A DNA stretch of 37,572 nucleotides from Patescibacteria group bacterium UBA4787. Its GTDB lineage: Bacteria; Patescibacteriota; Patescibacteriia; UBA2591; UBA4787. The first letter of the stretch is position 1. Each line of letters opens with the position of its first letter. Position numbers and translations under genes: made by a program. The notes under the pieces are model-generated. The model saw only the letters and a list, made by a program, of their open reading frames with translations. It was not told the origin of the DNA and ran no database searches. Below are positions 36,204-37,572 of the stretch, piece by piece. The stretch spans positions 148,309-185,880 of the forward strand of contig DHGX01000003.1 of NCBI GenBank assembly GCA_002402995.1. The letters run 5' to 3'.

Positions 36204-36449
36204 ATGGCTGTTGAAGTTAGAAAAAAAGGGAACGAATCCACTGAAGTTTTAATCAGGCGATTCGGCCAAAGAGTAATGGAAAGCGGCACAATTAATCAAG
36301 CCAAGATTACTCGCTTTAGACTATCCAAGCCGAATAAACGAAACAAAAAAGTGAGTACTTTACGAAAACTTTCCGATCGGGTTAAACGCGAATATTTAAC
36401 CAAGGTTGGTTTAATCAAGTTGGCGAAAACATCAAAACGTCGAAGATAA
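36204..36449 (+). CDS. rpsU: 30S ribosomal protein bS21
   Basis: VEVRKKGNESTEVLIRRF; GAGGTG SD; rpsU-yqeY synteny. Confidence 0.75.
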   Translation: MAVEVRKKGNESTEVLIRRFGQRVMESGTINQAKITRFRLSKPNKRNKKVSTLRKLSDRVKREYLTKVGLIKLAKTSKRRR

Positions 36450-36511
36450 AGGATGTCAACCCTGCGTTATCCGCGTTTACTCGGAAATAAAAATTAATTT
36501 AAATTTTTATG

Positions 36512-36648
36512 CCCCGTAATACAACTTCGATGGGGCCGACTCTGGTCGGCCCAGAAAAATCTGGGAAAATTTTGTTGGTTAGATTTATAAACATAAATAT
36601 TTACTAAGATCCAAAAGGTTATTAAAATATCGAAGATGATATACGGGG
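36512..36648 (+). mobile_element. Family A start-codon element, copy A3 (137 bp)
   Basis: TATG|CCCCGTAATACAACTTCGAT...ATCGAAGATGATATACGGGG|TATG; interior homologous to A2. Confidence 0.85.
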
Positions 36649-36652
36649 TATG

Positions 36653-36874
36653 CCCCGTAATACAACTTCCAGCGCATTTTTAGAGAGTTATTTTTTCTCC
36701 ACCACATTTTATCGCTATTCCAGTTTATCTATTTCGTAGGTTGCCTTGCTGGGTAAATGCCAAACGCCAAAAACGTTATTTAAACAATATTAAGGAATAC
36801 CAATTCCTTGATCTAAACTTCCAAGATACAAATGTCATTAAAAGGCGTTTGGCTCTGGAAGATGATATACGGGG
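36653..36874 (+). mobile_element. Family A start-codon element, copy A4 (222 bp) with decayed GIY-YIG
   Basis: Shares TATG 36649-52 with A3; CTTCCAG/CTGGAAG ends as in A1; interior aligns by eye to the 3' half of the A1 ORF. Confidence 0.85.
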
Positions 36875-36875
36875 T

Positions 36876-37343
36876 ATGAATCTGTTTTCGAAGATTGAAA
36901 ATGATCTCAAGTCCGCTTATTTAGAAAAAAGAGCAGAGGAAGTAGATACTCTAAGATTGCTACGCGCCGCTATTAAGAATTTGGAAATAGACTTAAGGGT
37001 CAAACAAAAAGAAGTAGACGACGAAGCAATTTTAGAAATTATCGCTCGCGAGGCTAAAAAACGCCGCGAAGCGATTGAATTATACGAAAAGGGCAATCGT
37101 CCAGAATTAGCAGAGAAAGAAAAGAAAGAGTTGGCGCTTCTGCTTGGTTATTTACCACAGCAGCTGTCCGACGAAGACATCAAGGCTAAACTCGAAGAGT
37201 TGATTAAAAGCAATAATGCGCAAGACATCTCTGATTTGGGTAAAATGATGGGTCTGGCGATGAAAGAATTAAAAGGCAAGGCCGATGGCAAGCGTATTCA
37301 GGATATTTTGAAAGATGTTTTATCAAAAATTTCTAATTCTTAG
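36876..37343 (+). CDS. GatB/YqeY domain protein
   Basis: DLKSAY...LRLLRAAIKN...KKRREAIELY...YLPQQLS...GKADG; start moved to 36876. Confidence 0.93.
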   Translation: MNLFSKIENDLKSAYLEKRAEEVDTLRLLRAAIKNLEIDLRVKQKEVDDEAILEIIAREAKKRREAIELYEKGNRPELAEKEKKELALLLGYLPQQLSDEDIKAKLEELIKSNNAQDISDLGKMMGLAMKELKGKADGKRIQDILKDVLSKISNS

Positions 37344-37367
37344 TTGTCAATTTTTAACTAAACTCCA

Positions 37368-37572
37368 ATGACAAAAATTCAAAATTTAAAAAAGGCATTT
37401 TTCGCTCTTTTATTTCTATTTTTCCCGACTTTGTCCATCGCTTTGCGATGGCTCCAAAATCGTGGATCCTCGATTAGTAAACAAAAACTTTTAGTTTTTG
37501 TACTAATCGGGACTATTTTCTATTTTCTATTTTCTATTTCAACAGTGGCTTTGGCGCAAGACTGGAATCAAG
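37368..37572 (+). CDS. Partial secreted protein (runs off window), signal region with a 90-bp in-frame palindromic insert
   Basis: Open frame MTKIQNLKKAFFALLFLF...STVALAQDWNQ. Confidence 0.5.
   Translation, partial: MTKIQNLKKAFFALLFLFFPTLSIALRWLQNRGSSISKQKLLVFVLIGTIFYFLFSISTVALAQDWNQ

Noticed and set aside
36508-36878. CRISPR-like repeat-spacer pattern
   Set aside because: Units are inverted-repeat bounded, 137-222 bp and dispersed, and no cas genes are present.

Overview
AT-rich bacterial chromosome segment. Gene content, GYAW-x-N-x-GWI surface-protein repeats and repeat types suggest a Patescibacteria/CPR (Parcubacteria-like) genome; this is an inference. Housekeeping genes include lepB, hisS, a ferredoxin plus porCDAB 2-oxoacid:ferredoxin oxidoreductase operon, parA-parB, topA, dprA, murG, thrS with a T-box, rpsU-yqeY and five intact tRNAs. 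There are also large surface proteins and a probable DGR target gene. The most unusual signal is a set of small inverted-repeat elements (two families, 7 copies, 136-312 bp) sitting exactly at gene start codons. Each is flanked by a TATG direct repeat, so the ATG is duplicated, and all have the same orientation relative to the gene. One copy encodes an intact GIY-YIG nuclease translated from the host ATG, and another is its decayed derivative. Separately, two stand-alone nuclease genes (GIY-YIG and HNH) each lie between a duplicated tRNA 5' fragment and the intact tRNA. A common theme is small nuclease-associated elements inserting at gene 5' ends while regenerating the gene. No transposase, integrase or reverse transcriptase was recognised in the window.
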